From contig MEDY01000245.1 of NCBI GenBank assembly GCA_001724265.1, positions 1 through 46,139 of the forward strand: 46,139 nucleotides of DNA, read 5' to 3'. Positions 10,895 to 24,515 of this stretch are shown here, one piece after another. The first letter of the stretch is position 1; each line of letters starts with the position of its first letter. The position numbers and the translations under genes were made by a program. The DNA is from Rhizaria sp. SCN 62-66. Lineage: Eukaryota. Below the pieces are notes generated by a model. It was not told the origin of the DNA and did no database searches. It worked only from the letters and a program-made list of their open reading frames with translations.

Positions 10895-13800
10895 TTACAC
10901 CCTGGTGCTTGTAGTTGACATAAGGAGGTCGGCATAAGCACGGTCAACGTCAAACTGCTCTTCAGCACGACCAGGGGACGCCTTGGAGTTGACACTCATA
11001 GCCCCTGTTACATCAGTGTCAGTGGGCTCGATCACGTGATCGACGAGACCGCACTGCTTGCATTGGTACACAGTGCACATCGGAGTTTCAGTCACAGCAG
11101 ATCCGGTGTTACTGGTACCAGTGGACGAAGAGCTTCCACGTTTGCGGGCACAGTCTTTGTCGGTGCAGATAGACTCCGTGACGTTGATATGCGCACAATC
11201 ATTTTGGCTGTACTGGGGCTTGGACTTGGATTTGGATGTCTGTGATTGAGATTGCGGCTGATTGTGGTGTAATAAAGCGTCGTTGCTACTCGTGTTGTTA
11301 CCACTGCTACTGAGATTGCCGCGAGCAGCATAGTTCTCTGCCGTGAGGTTTGCTAAAGCTGCTTCGACCATAGCAACCTCACTCTCCAGTGCAGACCGAG
11401 GCTGACTCTGGCCGGACGCAGAAGTTGAGTGGTCATTGGCAGCAAAGCTCCGATACAACTCTTCGACATCAACATCGCCGTTAAGCTGCTTCGGCTTTGT
11501 GTCCTTATTGTGGAAATCGCTATTCCTTAACAAACCTTTGTTGGTTACTGATGGCTGCGCATTTTGGTTTGACTTCGAGACAGCAACAAACTCGATGTCA
11601 TCGAAGTCACCAGCAAACCGATGCTGTAAAGGTACTTGCTGTGACTGTTCTTGTGCTAGCTGTGGCGAGCTAAACGTGCTTGTGTTAGCAGTGGAAGCAT
11701 TCGTGCGTTCGTGCGCGGGCACCCACACCCTCTCCACATCCGCATCGCTCTCACTCAAACTCGGCTGATGTTGTGTGGTTGCGTTGTTCCGCGAGAAGAG
11801 ACTTCCAAACCATGACTTTGCAGGCGCACGCGCGGTGGTGCCAGTCTGAGCAGACGCTGCACTGACATTGATGTTAGCGACTGGGGAAGCAACAGACGCG
11901 CGCTTTTGTGCCAGCATGGACTGCACGAACGCGAGATCTTCTGCGTCGTCATCTTGAGCATTACCGATACGGTTACTATTGTCACCAGCACTCGGCTTCG
12001 GCCCAACTTGTGATGCCCCAACCTCAGATACAGATTCAGGGTCAGTCGTATACGCAGCACTATTCCTATCAGCAGGGTTGTCACTGTGGTTCAGAGCGCT
12101 CTCAAGCTCAGCCATCGCCTGTTGTTGTGACTGCGCCCGCGCTTGTAGGGCTGCCTCAGCCTCAGCAGCGTTCTCGAAAGCGCTCGGGCCGTAGTTGCCA
12201 CCAGCCACCACGTCATTGTAGTTGGAGCTCTCATAGTTAGCGGCCGCAGTCCGCAGCCACAGTGCAGCTTGTGGCAGCGCAGGCGGGATCAGACCGGGGC
12301 AATGCACGGGCCGCTGCACCACGATAGCGCTCGCGGGCAGTTGGGGCAGCAGCGGATGCGGGCGCTGTTCCAAGTCACAGTCGCCACAGCCGTCATCAAG
12401 CGCGAGCGCTGCGGCCACCGCGGCGTCGTTGTCGGCGACCTCGACCGCGCGACACAGGCCGAGTACCAGAGCGTCCGCAAGCGCGCGCACTGTGCGGTCT
12501 ACGGTGCGGTCGGCGGCGGTATTCGCAGCGGTGCTTGCAGCAGTAGTCGCGCTGGAGCTACCGATGACAGCACTAGATGAACTAGCGCCCATGATTGCTG
12601 AAGTTGGCAGTGTCTTGTTGGCATTGCTGTTAAACGTGTTGTTGTTTACAGGGGCACTGATTGCCATTAAACCACTCGCACCACTAACGACATTGCTCCC
12701 GTTGTTGCTCGCAGTTATAGTCGTCGTGCTGCCTTGAGCTCCGATATCGCGGGTGGTAGCAGCCGAAGCAGCAGCGCTTGCGGCAGCTTTTGCGACAGTC
12801 TGGAATAGGGCACTGACTGGCGCAACCCCAAGCAACACGTCCGCCAACACCTTCGCGTCCTCAGCGTCAACACTGCTCTTTGCGCCAGATCCATTCACCG
12901 AAGCAGAAGAGGCCAGTGCGTTCGTGTTGGCGCTGGCGGCTGCAACGGCCGAGGCCCACTCGAGGTCGCCGGCGGCAGTGCTGTTTCCAGCTGCAGCCGC
13001 GGCGGCAGAGGCGTGGTGCATTAGCGACAGCAGCGGTGCGCGCATTGCGGCACTGCTAGATCCTGCACCAGCTGTGGCGGCGCCAGCGGCCGAAGCTGCG
13101 GCAGCCGCAGCAAGTGTGGCCGCGGCAGCACGCAGAGTCGTGAGCGGGAGAAGCAGCGGAAGCAACGCACTGATGTTAGAAGGCGTAGAGAGCGACGGGG
13201 ACGCGTGCAGCGCTGCAGCAGAGGTGGCGGCGGCCGATGCACGAGCCAAAGCGAACCGTGCAGTAGCTGCCATTGCTGCCGTCGTTGCAGCATTAGCAGA
13301 GACTGCAGTATTAGACAACGATGCCCCTGTTTCTGGGTGTGCATTTGGGCCTGTGACGAGATTGCACGGTGGACGCGTTGGCAGGGGGAGCACGTAAGGG
13401 GATGAAAAGTCTTCTTTGACGCCGTCTAAGAGAGGCGGTGCAGTATCAGCAGCTGTAGATGCAACGGTGACAACCCACGGGGATACAGTCGTATCTGCCT
13501 CCGCATCAAGATCAACTTGAGCATTCTTGTCAGCAGCTACTCCTTGGTCCCCACTCGGCATGAATTGAGAGCACGTGACCGCGGGTACGGTGGCGCGCAG
13601 TGTCGACTGCGCGACAAGCGGGAAGCGGCTAATGAGAGCCCACGCAAGTCGCTCAAGAGGGCTTGCACCGCTGCTACCAGCGCCATCACGGGCGGGTGTC
13701 TGAAGCAGTGGCGTAATCGGAGAGAGCAGAGCGGCACCGCGCGTTGTCGCGATGACAGCAGCCTCCGACACATAGCTGTGATCACGAATGCTGCTGTGCT

Positions 13801-16800
13801 CGTCTTCGTTTTGATTGAATTGATCTTCGTCCTGCCCAATGGTCGTATTGCGCGCCGTGATCAAACGCACATTGTGTGCAGAGTTAGCAGCATTGACACA
13901 GTCGGTGCTTTGCTCCCACGGCGACTGCGTCATCAGCGGATGAGTGGCGACGCCGACCGCGGCGCGCACTGACGTACTCTGCAACAGCGCATCGACTGCA
14001 CGAGCGGACGCCTGCGCTTGAGATGCTGACTGTGCTGAACTTGCCTGTGCATGCAAATACGCGTGTGTGACGCAGTGCGCAGGGGTCGGCAGTGCGCTGT
14101 GAAGTGACACTGTGGTGCGCCTCCTGCTGCCACCATTCGAGCCCGCAATCACGCTCGGAGCAGGACGCTGGGAAGGTCGCGCAAGTGCAGTGGTCGCGGC
14201 GGCAACTGCGGCTGCAGTATAAGGCGCAAGCATCGCGTCAGTACTGTAGGCCTCACGCGCCTGGTGCCACAGCACGACGTCGTGCCTTGGCCGACGTGCG
14301 GTCGTGACCAGTTGCGACAGAGGACGACGGGAGATGAGAATCGACGGCAACTCAGAGGGGGTTGAAGCTGCCTGTGCGCCTGCGGCCACGGTACTGTTGA
14401 GTGCAGTCGTGAGTGGCAAAGAGCGCCAGGGCGGTAGTGACGCCAGGACGGCTGCAGATGGCGAGGACTGCGCAGGTAACGGCTGCCCGGGAATCGGCGG
14501 ATGCGTCACCCAGGAAACTGCGGTGTGAAGGCGCGACAGCTGCTCAGAGAAAAGTCCCTTTTGCCGGTTCAGCAGCTCGGCGCGTTCCCTGTCTTCCGGC
14601 GCGGGCAGCGCCGTCAGAGCGGCGGAGAGCGCGCGGAGGCGCGTGAGCACCGCGGAGAAGCCCGCCAGATCTCCCCACAACGCGGTCTCGAGCAGCGGCA
14701 GGTCAGCATCGAGGTCGATCGTGAGCGCGAGCGAGGTCACAGTGGACAGCGCGGTCGCAACCGGGAGCTCCATGCGCACGCGCACGCCCGCGCCGACGCC
14801 GACCTTGGCGGTGTTTCCGTGGCGAAGTCGCTGCTTCACCAGCGCAGACTCGGCGAGCATTGCAAGACGCTTGCTGTTGCTGCGACGCGCGTACACGGAG
14901 ATGAGCGCGCTCACACTTGTCACCCTCGGAAGATCACTGTCAAAGATGTTCGCAGGAGCCGTCGTCGCAGTATTGTTTGCGTCGTTTGCACAGACATTGT
15001 AGCCGCTGTTCACAGTGGGCGTAGTGAGTGATGGTAGCATCACACCTCCAAACGCAAACTCAGCACCCACAGCAAACGCGTCTTCAAGAGCGCCGGCAGC
15101 AAACAGATGACTCACCGACGGCGACTGCACGTCAACTCCACTATGTGGAGCAAGCGTTGCAGTCGGCACACTGTTGGTCCCATTAGCGGCACTTTTAATT
15201 GACGCTGGTGCAGTATCAACACTTGGATTCGTTGAGAGTTGCTTCGAGATGGCGGCCATACTCGTGATGCCAGCGTCGGTGATCGCCGTAACAGGGAACA
15301 CTGAGGTGGCAGCAGCAAGTGCGTCAGCCTCTGCTTCAACTTCAGCTTCAGCAGCCTCAGCGGCGGTCTCTGCTGCAGCCGCAGCCGCTGCTTCTTCCTC
15401 AGCAGTCCCGGCAAGCGGAAATGGCAACGTCGCGTGTCCTTCCTTGACGTTGATGTGCGAATTAACGGCTGACGTTACAAGCGACGAGCGCGCGAGGCCA
15501 GATACACGCATGAGAACAGACGACGCCAAATGGGCGCGAGTGGCGACTGAGGCGGCCGCCATAGCAGCCACTGTCGCCGCAGCAATCTCAGTGACTCCAT
15601 GCGCTTGAGGGCTTGGAGCCATCTTTGAGTGAGACTGGGGAGTTGCGCTCGTATGAGCTAACGAGCGTGCAAGGTCGACTGCAGACGCCGCCGATGCGGC
15701 GGCCGAGGCCGGCGCAGTTGCGGCAAACGCCAGCAGTAGCGACTGCGTGTAACGGCGACCAGCTACAGCAACGGGGCCCTTCGGCACAGTCTTAGTATCT
15801 GTTGCATCAGCGTCGGAGTTCGTTGTGTTTGCGACCAAGGAGCCAAGGACAACCGCGATGTCCATGCTGACAGTCGCAATCATCGAGTTCGCCGCGACGA
15901 GGTGGTTGGGCTCAGGTGTCTCTGCGGCCGTTAGCTGCGACAGACACGCCGCGGCGGCCGCACGCGCCTGTTGCATCCGCGCCAACGCTCCCGCGAGAGT
16001 GCTAATGTACCGCTTCGCATCTGCAATGGCGGCCAGAGTGTGGCGCGGCGCAGGAACTGCGTTCATCGGCAACAAAAGCGACTGTGACATCAGTTGTAGA
16101 GGAGTGAACGGAGACCATGCCAGCGGACGCGGGTGCGCCGCGCCGCCGACAGCGACGGCATCGACATCGTGACTGCCTGGGATGGTGTTGCACGGCAGCG
16201 CACCCATTGCAGTCGCAGTCGCAACAAAGCGCGCGATAAGAGACAACGGATTCACATCTAATGTTGGTACGAGTGTACTGCGTCCTTCGTCGTACGAGCT
16301 TGCGCTTGCGCTCATCGCGCGTGAGTCCACATTGCCCACGGTCGCGGGCGCCGATGCGGCTTTACTTTGGTACGCCGGGTCGACGACAAGCCCGCGAATG
16401 AGGTCGGGGTGCGGCCCCCACGCCCCGAGCACGGCGCTATGCAGCGGCACTACGGCGTCGCTCCACGCGGCAAGCGCGGCGACACGCACGCCGCGCCGCA
16501 GGAGCAGGTGCATGTTTGCGGCGTGGGCGCGCGCCGCCGAGGTCGAGGGCGCGGTGAGGCGGAACAGCTCCTGCGTGGCCGGGAGACCGTCGGTGAGGGT
16601 GTCGCGGTACGGCCCGTGGTGGGTGCCAGCGAGCGCCAGGAAGGAGAGAGATTGTGTGCACGGGTCCAGCACTCTGTGAAAGTAAGAAACAAGAACATAC
16701 GTTAAAGACTAGTTGCAACTTCTACATTTCAAAAGATAACGATCGAAACATGATAATACACTCCCGCATCTGACGATCAATGATTTGGTTGAGAACGTAC

Positions 16801-19800
16801 TTGTCTTTGATGAGCGTGGCGACAACCTGCGCTGCCACGACGCAGCCCTGACTGTGTCCCGTGGTCACAACCACGTCGCTCTGCGCCAGCGCGTGCGCAT
16901 AGCGGGCCTGCGGCAGCACGACGGCAGTGTAGCGGTGGCAACGAGCCTGGATATCGCCGTACGAGTGCAGCGGGATCAGACGCAGCGAGACGCCGAGGAG
17001 AGGTAAGATGTTGGCCGGGGAGGGAAAACCGTGGACGGTCGGTAGATGCGCTGCGTCAGCGGCGGGATCGACAAAGAATGCACCGTTATCAGCGCCAAAA
17101 TTGGCCTCACTGTAATTTACAAGGTCAAGGTCATTGATGGCGCCACAAATCCCGTCACTGATGAGACCAACCTGTGCGTCATCTTCGTCGTCGTTTCCGA
17201 AGTCTTCACCATGCACATTGTCAGCAAAGTCGCCATCGCCGCAAAACAAAATGCTCCTCGAATTTTTAATGGTTAGCTTCCACGCGGAGTCGTTGGCACC
17301 CTCAGTCTCACGAGTCTCTGCCTCGTCACTCTGCGCCGATGACAGCGCACGCTGCTGCTGCTGTAAAGCATTGAAGCTATCATGTGCGTGGCTCATAACT
17401 CCAGCGACAACGACCCGTTCTGCGCGCTTCAACACGCGCCTCGCCGCCGAAACCCAGACGGCGCCGACAGCGCGCGCCGCCGCAACGGCTGCCGCGCCAG
17501 CCGCCGCTTGCGCAGCGGCCCGCGCCTCGGCCAGCGCGCCCTGGCGCTCCCAGCGCAGGCGCAGCGCGGCGGCCTCGGTCACGATCTGGTTCAGACAGAA
17601 GACAGCAATGCCTGCGGCGGAGCGCTGCGCAAGGCCCAGCGAGATGGGCTTGCCAGAGGGGTCGTGGAAGGGCAGAATCAGGGCTTTCCAGCCGTGGACG
17701 CCGATGCACGTCAGCTAGAGTTGAGGGAAGGAAACAAAGAAGAGAGGAGAATTTAAATGATATCACATGTTGGCATCGGCATAATGAAATCAAGCAGCGC
17801 TATTCAATAAATTTACGTACCATGCGCATTGTTTTCCACGTCGGCAGTCCATGTTCCACTCCGGCCGCAGCTCCCAAGCCATCGATCTCGCAGTCGCCAA
17901 CCTGCCCACAGTCACCCTGCTGCTGCTGCTGCTCGCTGTCGACGCCAGTGCCGGCGCCTGCGGCGTGCATACGTCCCCAGTCGGTAGCCAGTGCGAGCAG
18001 CTGCTCTTGGTGCGCGAGTGACCGTGAGCGCTCACCGGTCGCGTCCTGGACAGCGGCGGCAATCGCAGAGCGCGCGGCTGCGGCTGCCGTCGTCGCGAGA
18101 TGGCGCGAATATGCGTCGACAATAACGGCCAGGGGCAGCAGAGGGGCGAGAGCGGTGCGGGCGCGGGCGCGAGCGCGGGCTAGGGCGGCAGCGCGCTCCT
18201 CTGCGACTGGAACACTGACTGCAAGCGAAGTTGGAACCGAGGGCGACGGCGATGGAGGCTGAGTCGATGAAGGAACATACATTGCAGGATTGGTGCTAGA
18301 AGAATTTGCAATCAAATCAGCCTCCATATTTGCATCAGGTGCGTTCTGTGTGGGTAACAGAAGATCGCTTGTCGAGTGCCTCGCATCGTCGAGATCGGTG
18401 TCCACGCTCGGGCTTCCTGTCGTGCTCGTGCTGGCAGTAACGACATTTGTTGCCGGGCCAGAGACATTGCTCATGCTCGAGCTCACGTTAGAATTTGCGC
18501 TCGCAGGAGTATTGTTACCGCCGGTGACAAGAGAGGTAGCAGCAGGACCGAGCTTGCCAAACCAACTCAGCACGGTCGCCAGCCGCCGCCACGTCGCCGG
18601 CCCAGCCTGCGTCAACGTCTCACTCCACGACCCGTCACCTGGGTTGCTCGAGGTCACAGGTGCTGCCGCCGCTGGAGTGATATGCGCAGGTAAAGTCGTC
18701 GCGCTGGCGGTCGCCTTATCTATGAGATTATCGTTACTAATGGCAACATCTGTCTGCTTTAAGGCGTCTTTTTCAACCTTGGGCGGCGCTGCAGTCATCT
18801 CGTCATAGAATGCCAGCTCGGCATCAACGACAGCGCGCGACTTAGGTGCATCCAGATCGTTGTGAGCAACTTGATTCAAGTCAGTGGGAAAGCCTGGCGC
18901 TGAGTTACCAACCGCGACCGAGGTTGCCGTTGTCTCAGTGCGCGCGGCGGCAAGTGCAGCGGCGCGCGTCTGTTGCTTGGTCTCAAGCGTTGTCTGGGCA
19001 GCAGCCTTGGCTTCGGACAAAGACACACGGGCGCGCTCGGACTGAGCACGTAGCCAACGTTCTAACACAGTCACACTGTTGTTAGCAACCGCAGAACCAG
19101 TAGCAGCGCTCGCGCTAGACCCGAACACACCTGCAGCTGCCAGTCCGGCAGCGGCGGCGGCAGTGACAGCGGCAACCTTGACCATAGAGTGGCGCCGCAG
19201 CTCGTGGCCATCAGTCCGGTCATCGTTCACCTCGTCGACCGAGCGGAGCAAGGGCTCGTTCTCCGCAGCGCCGCGTTGTAAGTACCCCGGGTACTTAGCC
19301 ATCATCGCGATCAGCAGTGCGTACGCGCGGGGCTGGCGCACCATGCCCGGCACCGACACCAGCGCGGTGGCGCCTGACAGAGACGACGGATGCAAGAGAA
19401 GCGGCGTGCCAGCGTTCTGCAAAGTGCTTTGACTCGCCGGCGCGGGCGCCGCTGAGCTCGAATTTACTTGTGGCTGCGGTTGTGATTGCGTAAGGATGTC
19501 GGTTGGGGACACCAAGTGTGCGTGCGCCTCGTTGTTATTAGTGGCGCTCGTAGCATCAGCATTTACGGCTGCGCCCACCGTCTCATCTTGCGGAGGTACG
19601 TTGTCAATCAGTCCAGTCGAGCTAATAGCACGACTTGCTCCCGCACTTGGATGAGAACCTGGCAGGGCAGACGGCGGGAACGCGGCGGGCTCAACGCCGG
19701 CGACGTGAGCTGCAAGCGCCTCCGTAAACGACAAAGGTAGCGCACGAGCCAAGTGGTAGATCAGCGCGTCGGCACGTGTGCGCGCAAGTTGAGGTGGCAC

Positions 19801-21288
19801 GTAGTCGTCGTTCTTGTCTCCGTTATTAGACTGAACCTCACCGCCAGTCTTTGAGCTCGAATTCGGATTGTTTGTACTTGCGCTCACGGTGGCGTTGCGG
19901 GTGTAGATGCGTGGCAGCCATGGCGACGGGCCTGCGAGCACGACAGGCGGCAACGGGGGCAAAGGAGTGCGGCGCAGCGGCTTGCCTTGCTTGTTACTCG
20001 AGCTCGAGCTAGGAGTAGAACCTGACACGGTACCGCTCTCGGCACCAGCAACAGAAGTGGACATCCCCGTGGCGTTGCTGTTGATGTCTTGTGTCTCGTC
20101 GTCAGCTTCGTCGGTTTCCTCGTCTCCGCTCCCGTTGGCGTCGTCGTCGTCATAGTCAGACGCAAACTCGCTGCCAAAGCCACTCGGAATACCGCCTGGA
20201 CTGACGATCGTGCCCGCTGAAGGTCCGCTAGTCGAGGGGCGGATTTGTTGTTTAAGGACTTGAAGTTGTTGCTGCACGCGCTCTAACAACCGTTGACGCG
20301 TCGTCGCCGTTGCGGTCCCAGTGGTGCTCATTGTCCCCTGCTGTTGCGTTGTAAGCAGAGTGCCGACATGGGGGCTGCTGTTGAAGTTCGAACTATTCGC
20401 GTTGCTGCTGATCAATGCTGCTGCGGCAGCGCGCGTGGCAGCAGCCGCAAGTGACGACGATGACGACGACGATGACTGCGTCGGTGTCATTGTGGCGGTT
20501 GCCACATTGACTGCAAACGGCACTGCCGGCAGCTGCAGAGCGGTTCCAGACAAGGTCGAGCTGCTCATTGCACTCACGCTCGCAGAATTGTTATAGCCTG
20601 CTGTACTACCATCTGTAGCGGCACGCGCAGGGAGATTGTCAGCCACACCCGTTGCAGCATCGGTTGCATCCGTGCTCGCTGCAGTTGCTCCAGTCGCAGT
20701 CGATGCTGCTGCTGGTGTGCTCGTAGCTAGAGCTAGAATTTCAGAGCCTGGAGCAAACATCGGCACAAATGGCCTTTGCGCCGTACTCGACGCACTCAAA
20801 GTAGCCTCCGAGCGGGGCTCATTTACAGCGGTTGTTGTGGCAGGCACTGGGGGAGTCGCACTAGGAGGGACACTGCGCGCGTCAGAACGAGCACTGGACA
20901 CGACAGTATGTCCTGATGTGATAGCAGTTAATGCGCCAACTTGTGCTGGAGACGTTAGTGCAGATGCTGTCAGGCCAGCGGGCGCTGCGGCCGCAGCAGA
21001 TGGCGTCGGAGTTGCTGATGCGTTTGTGGCCGGGTCGGTTCCAGCCACAGTCGGAGTCGCGGCGTCAGGCGACGGGGTCCTGCGTACCAGCCGTGATAGC
21101 AACGAGTACGCGCGGTCACGCTTGCGCTGTGTGGCAGGCTGTGGGGCGTCAGGGGCCGAGCCTGGGGCAGCCAAGGCGGGGTCATGGTCAGCCGGCGGGA
21201 GGGAGTTGGATGAGGCCGCGGAGAGAAATACCCCGCGCTGAGAGACACACTCAGTCGGAGGCACGTTAGGACCGTAATGAATAGACAT
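10895..21288 (-). CDS. YML020W-like alpha/beta-hydrolase-fold protein with very long low-complexity flanks, ~3386 aa, 3 exons
   Basis: Exons 21288-17821, 17714-16801, 16673-10895. Introns 17820-17715 (GTACGT..CTAG, phase 0) and 16800-16674 (GTACGT..CAG, phase 2) restore the frame. Motifs CIGVHGW, DVVVTTGHSQG, LAGTHHGPY, ELF, DAVVPLHSAV, HPDLIRGLVVD recall the fungal YML020W family. Ends TAA. Confidence 0.75.
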
Positions 21289-22118
21289 ATACAAGTCTCA
21301 AAACAGTGTTAATCGTGAAGTTAAACTAAATATGTGTTCTTGTGTCGCGGAAAACGCAGATATTTGCGGATCGAGATGACTGTGGGAAGGCCACGATCGA
21401 GTTGAATCGTGGTCGGCCTGAGGCGAAATGAAATGATGAAAATGGGGGCGTGGTGAGTTTTTTTGAATTGCTAATTTTGTAAGATTAATTTCTTGAATGC
21501 GATACATTCGAGATTATTTTCCACCGGCGCTTGTATGGTCATAGGCGCTTATACAATGATCCTCGAAACATCGGTTTTGCTCTCCTCGTGTTCTTCGTGG
21601 TAGGCCTACACCACCGCAATGTTGGTTCCAAGGTTGTTCGACTTACGATGCACGTTACCTTCTGTATCTCACCAATTACATTTCATTGTTCTTCTGTTTT
21701 ATTCGCCATCTTTGTCATACATGCTCGATGACACTGTTCATTGCCCGTTTTGTGTCGCCCTCTCCAATCCACAACGTCCGCTTAAAATTTGATCGACGCC
21801 TCGCCGACTTTTTTGCAAATTCGCACTTCAAACTGAACATCTGGTTTCATTTCTAAATGACAACTATCACTGATAATATGGTCCTTGCTCTATTGCCTCC
21901 TCAACTTCACATTTGTGTCTGTCACAAACGCTCTCTCCGATGACTTCAATCTCCGCATTAACTGTGGACTGTCGCTTGACGGCTGCAATCCAAATCACTG
22001 TGTTGGGTCTCCTGCCTCCTCTCTTGACCGTGGTCGTCACCAATAACCTTGTCCTTACTCCTGCAGCTCGGTTAAGCGCTCATTTGCATTTTAACGTCGT
22101 AGATCGTTAAAGATAACG

Positions 22119-24047
22119 ATGAACTCGTTAGAAATTGGCGTCCTGAAGGCCTGTAGGCCTGACAAGGAAATCCCCAAGGCCAAGCACGTAGATGCGTTGA
22201 TCAGTGCAATTACGCGCAATGGCGACTTCTCATTTGTTGGTCCACTCACTCGTTGCTACCGTGACCGCAACTACAAGGTCGTTGTCAAGGCTCTCTGCGT
22301 CACTCACCGCCTCGCCCGCGACGGCTCCCCCGTGCTGCTGAAGCACCTGGAGCGCCACTTCCGCGAGCTGGCTGTGCCGCGCGTGTTCCGCGACCCTGAG
22401 CACCCGCATGCGACGCAGCTCATCCACGTCTACTCGGATTACATCGCCACAAAGGTCATCGTGTACTCGAAGCTGGGCCGCTCCACGGAGCGCGTCACGC
22501 CCGCACAGGCACGCGAGTGGGCGACGCGCGACTCGCCCTCCGCGTCGCTGCGCACGCTGCCGCTGCTGCAGCGCCAGCTCGACAAGTTGCTCTGCATCTC
22601 GCCCCGCGACGCGCTCACTAACATGGGCACGCGTCTGCCGCCGCTTATGGTGCATCTGCTCACCATGATCCACCTCGACGCCGTGCGGCTGTTTGCGCAC
22701 ACGACATACCTGCAGGCCATGCATCTGGCGCGCGCGCGCTCTCTCACTGCGCTGCAGGCGACGATCTTGCTGCAATGCCTCGACAACGCGCCGGGGCTCT
22801 CGCGCCGCTTCGAGACGTGGTGCAACGAGCTCTATAACGTCAACATCCCCGTTGACACGGTCCCGCCCGCCGCGCGCCCCGACGCGACCGCGCTGGCGGC
22901 GCTGCGCGCGCGCGTCGAGGCTCACGAGGACGACGACGCCGAGGCCGCCGCCGCGGAGCCCGACGGGGGCGCCGACCCGGCCGCTGACGAGGCGATGCTT
23001 ATCACGGCGCGCTCCGTCGGCGACAACAAACCCACGCTCAACGTCGTGTCGTCCGCGACGGCCAACCGCTTGCAGCAGCAGCAGATCCAGCAGCAGCAAC
23101 AGCAGCAGCAGCAGCGCCGCTTTGACAATGTCGACCGCGACCGCGAGTCGGCGCACCCGCAGACCAACGCGCGCCCCGCCGCCGCCGCCTCTGCTGCCGG
23201 CCCTGGTGCTGGTTCGAGCAACGGCCGTCGCACGAGCACCACCGGTCAGACGTACGACTTCGGCGACTTTGCTGAAGACAACCAGAGCGGCAAGCCCACC
23301 GCTGTTGCTGCTGCTGCCAAGCCTGCGCCCGCCGCGGCCAAGGCTGCGGCCGCACCTGCTGCCGCGCTTGCTGTTGACAACGACGACCCGTTCGCCGCGT
23401 TCGCGGCCGACTTTGACGCCCTGTCGATCAACGACACCACCGGCAACGCGAACAACAACAACAGCAGCGGCCACAGCGCCGGCGCTAGCGGGCACGGCAA
23501 CGTGAGTAGCAGCGCGGCCAACAGCAACCACAACGCTGTGGCCGGCGCGAGCAGCTCGGGCCACAACGCCACCGCGTCGGGCTCCGTCTCGGTCGAGGTC
23601 GACCTCTTCTCACTGCTCGCCGACTCTGCGCCTCCCGCCAACAACAACAACAACAACAACAACGCTGGCTTCATGAACATCAACGACGGCTTCAACGCTC
23701 CTGCGCAGAACAACAACAACGCCGGCGCTGCGAACGGCAACGGCAACAACCTGTGGTTCGACCCCTTCGCCTTCGCGGCCGCGCCGACGACGCCGCCGTC
23801 GAACCCCCCGCCCGCGAGCATGACGCCCGCGGGCGTGCCGCCGCCCTACTCGCCCGCGCCCCATGCGCACCAGGAGGGCCGGCCTGCCGTCGGCAACGGC
23901 AACAACAACGGCAAGTTCGGGTTCTATGATGTCGAACCTGCGTTTGCGCTCCAGAACAACGGTCAGCAGCAGCAGCAGCAGCAGCAGCCAAAGCAGCAGC
24001 AGCAGCCTGTGAACACTGATGATGACCCGTTCAGTGCCTTCTTCTAA
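22119..24047 (+). CDS. ANTH-domain clathrin assembly protein (AP180/CALM-like)
   Basis: N-terminal ANTH signature (VLKAC..EIPKAKHV..NYKVVVKALCVTHRLARDG..LIHVYSDYI). Disordered tail with DPF (three copies) and DLF adaptor/clathrin-binding motifs, polyQ and polyN. Ends TAA. Confidence 0.88.
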   Translation: MNSLEIGVLKACRPDKEIPKAKHVDALISAITRNGDFSFVGPLTRCYRDRNYKVVVKALCVTHRLARDGSPVLLKHLERHFRELAVPRVFRDPEHPHATQLIHVYSDYIATKVIVYSKLGRSTERVTPAQAREWATRDSPSASLRTLPLLQRQLDKLLCISPRDALTNMGTRLPPLMVHLLTMIHLDAVRLFAHTTYLQAMHLARARSLTALQATILLQCLDNAPGLSRRFETWCNELYNVNIPVDTVPPAARPDATALAALRARVEAHEDDDAEAAAAEPDGGADPAADEAMLITARSVGDNKPTLNVVSSATANRLQQQQIQQQQQQQQQRRFDNVDRDRESAHPQTNARPAAAASAAGPGAGSSNGRRTSTTGQTYDFGDFAEDNQSGKPTAVAAAAKPAPAAAKAAAAPAAALAVDNDDPFAAFAADFDALSINDTTGNANNNNSSGHSAGASGHGNVSSSAANSNHNAVAGASSSGHNATASGSVSVEVDLFSLLADSAPPANNNNNNNNAGFMNINDGFNAPAQNNNNAGAANGNGNNLWFDPFAFAAAPTTPPSNPPPASMTPAGVPPPYSPAPHAHQEGRPAVGNGNNNGKFGFYDVEPAFALQNNGQQQQQQQQPKQQQQPVNTDDDPFSAFF

Positions 24048-24515
24048 GTCACTTGAAACGTGCACGTTGCTGAATGTGAGTCAATTATCTTGCGAAACTT
24101 TTTGTTGTTAAAAATGGTTCTTCTTTTTATGTAAAAACCTAAGTCTTAGCTATTTGTTGATAAACTTATTGTGTTATATGTGTGGACGTCATTGTTGCTG
24201 TTGATTTGTGCTAGTTAATTAATGTCAGTAGATTCCGTACAGTGCATCTCTAGTTTGTTGTCGTTCACGTACTGCAGAGGTTCTGTCGAGCAAACGCATT
24301 GCGGAATGAATACACACTGAATCAAGACAATCATTCTTTTCTACGGTGATCTTAAATTGACGACATGCATTGAGTTGTAGTGCTACTAGGTAAGTTGTTT
24401 AAGTTAATAATTTACTGTACATGATCATGCATAAGCTGCACATACTACGTTGTTAAATTGATTTCATTTAAGGACATAAATCACATTATGAGCCCGGCGA
24501 CTCAGGTTTGCAGCG

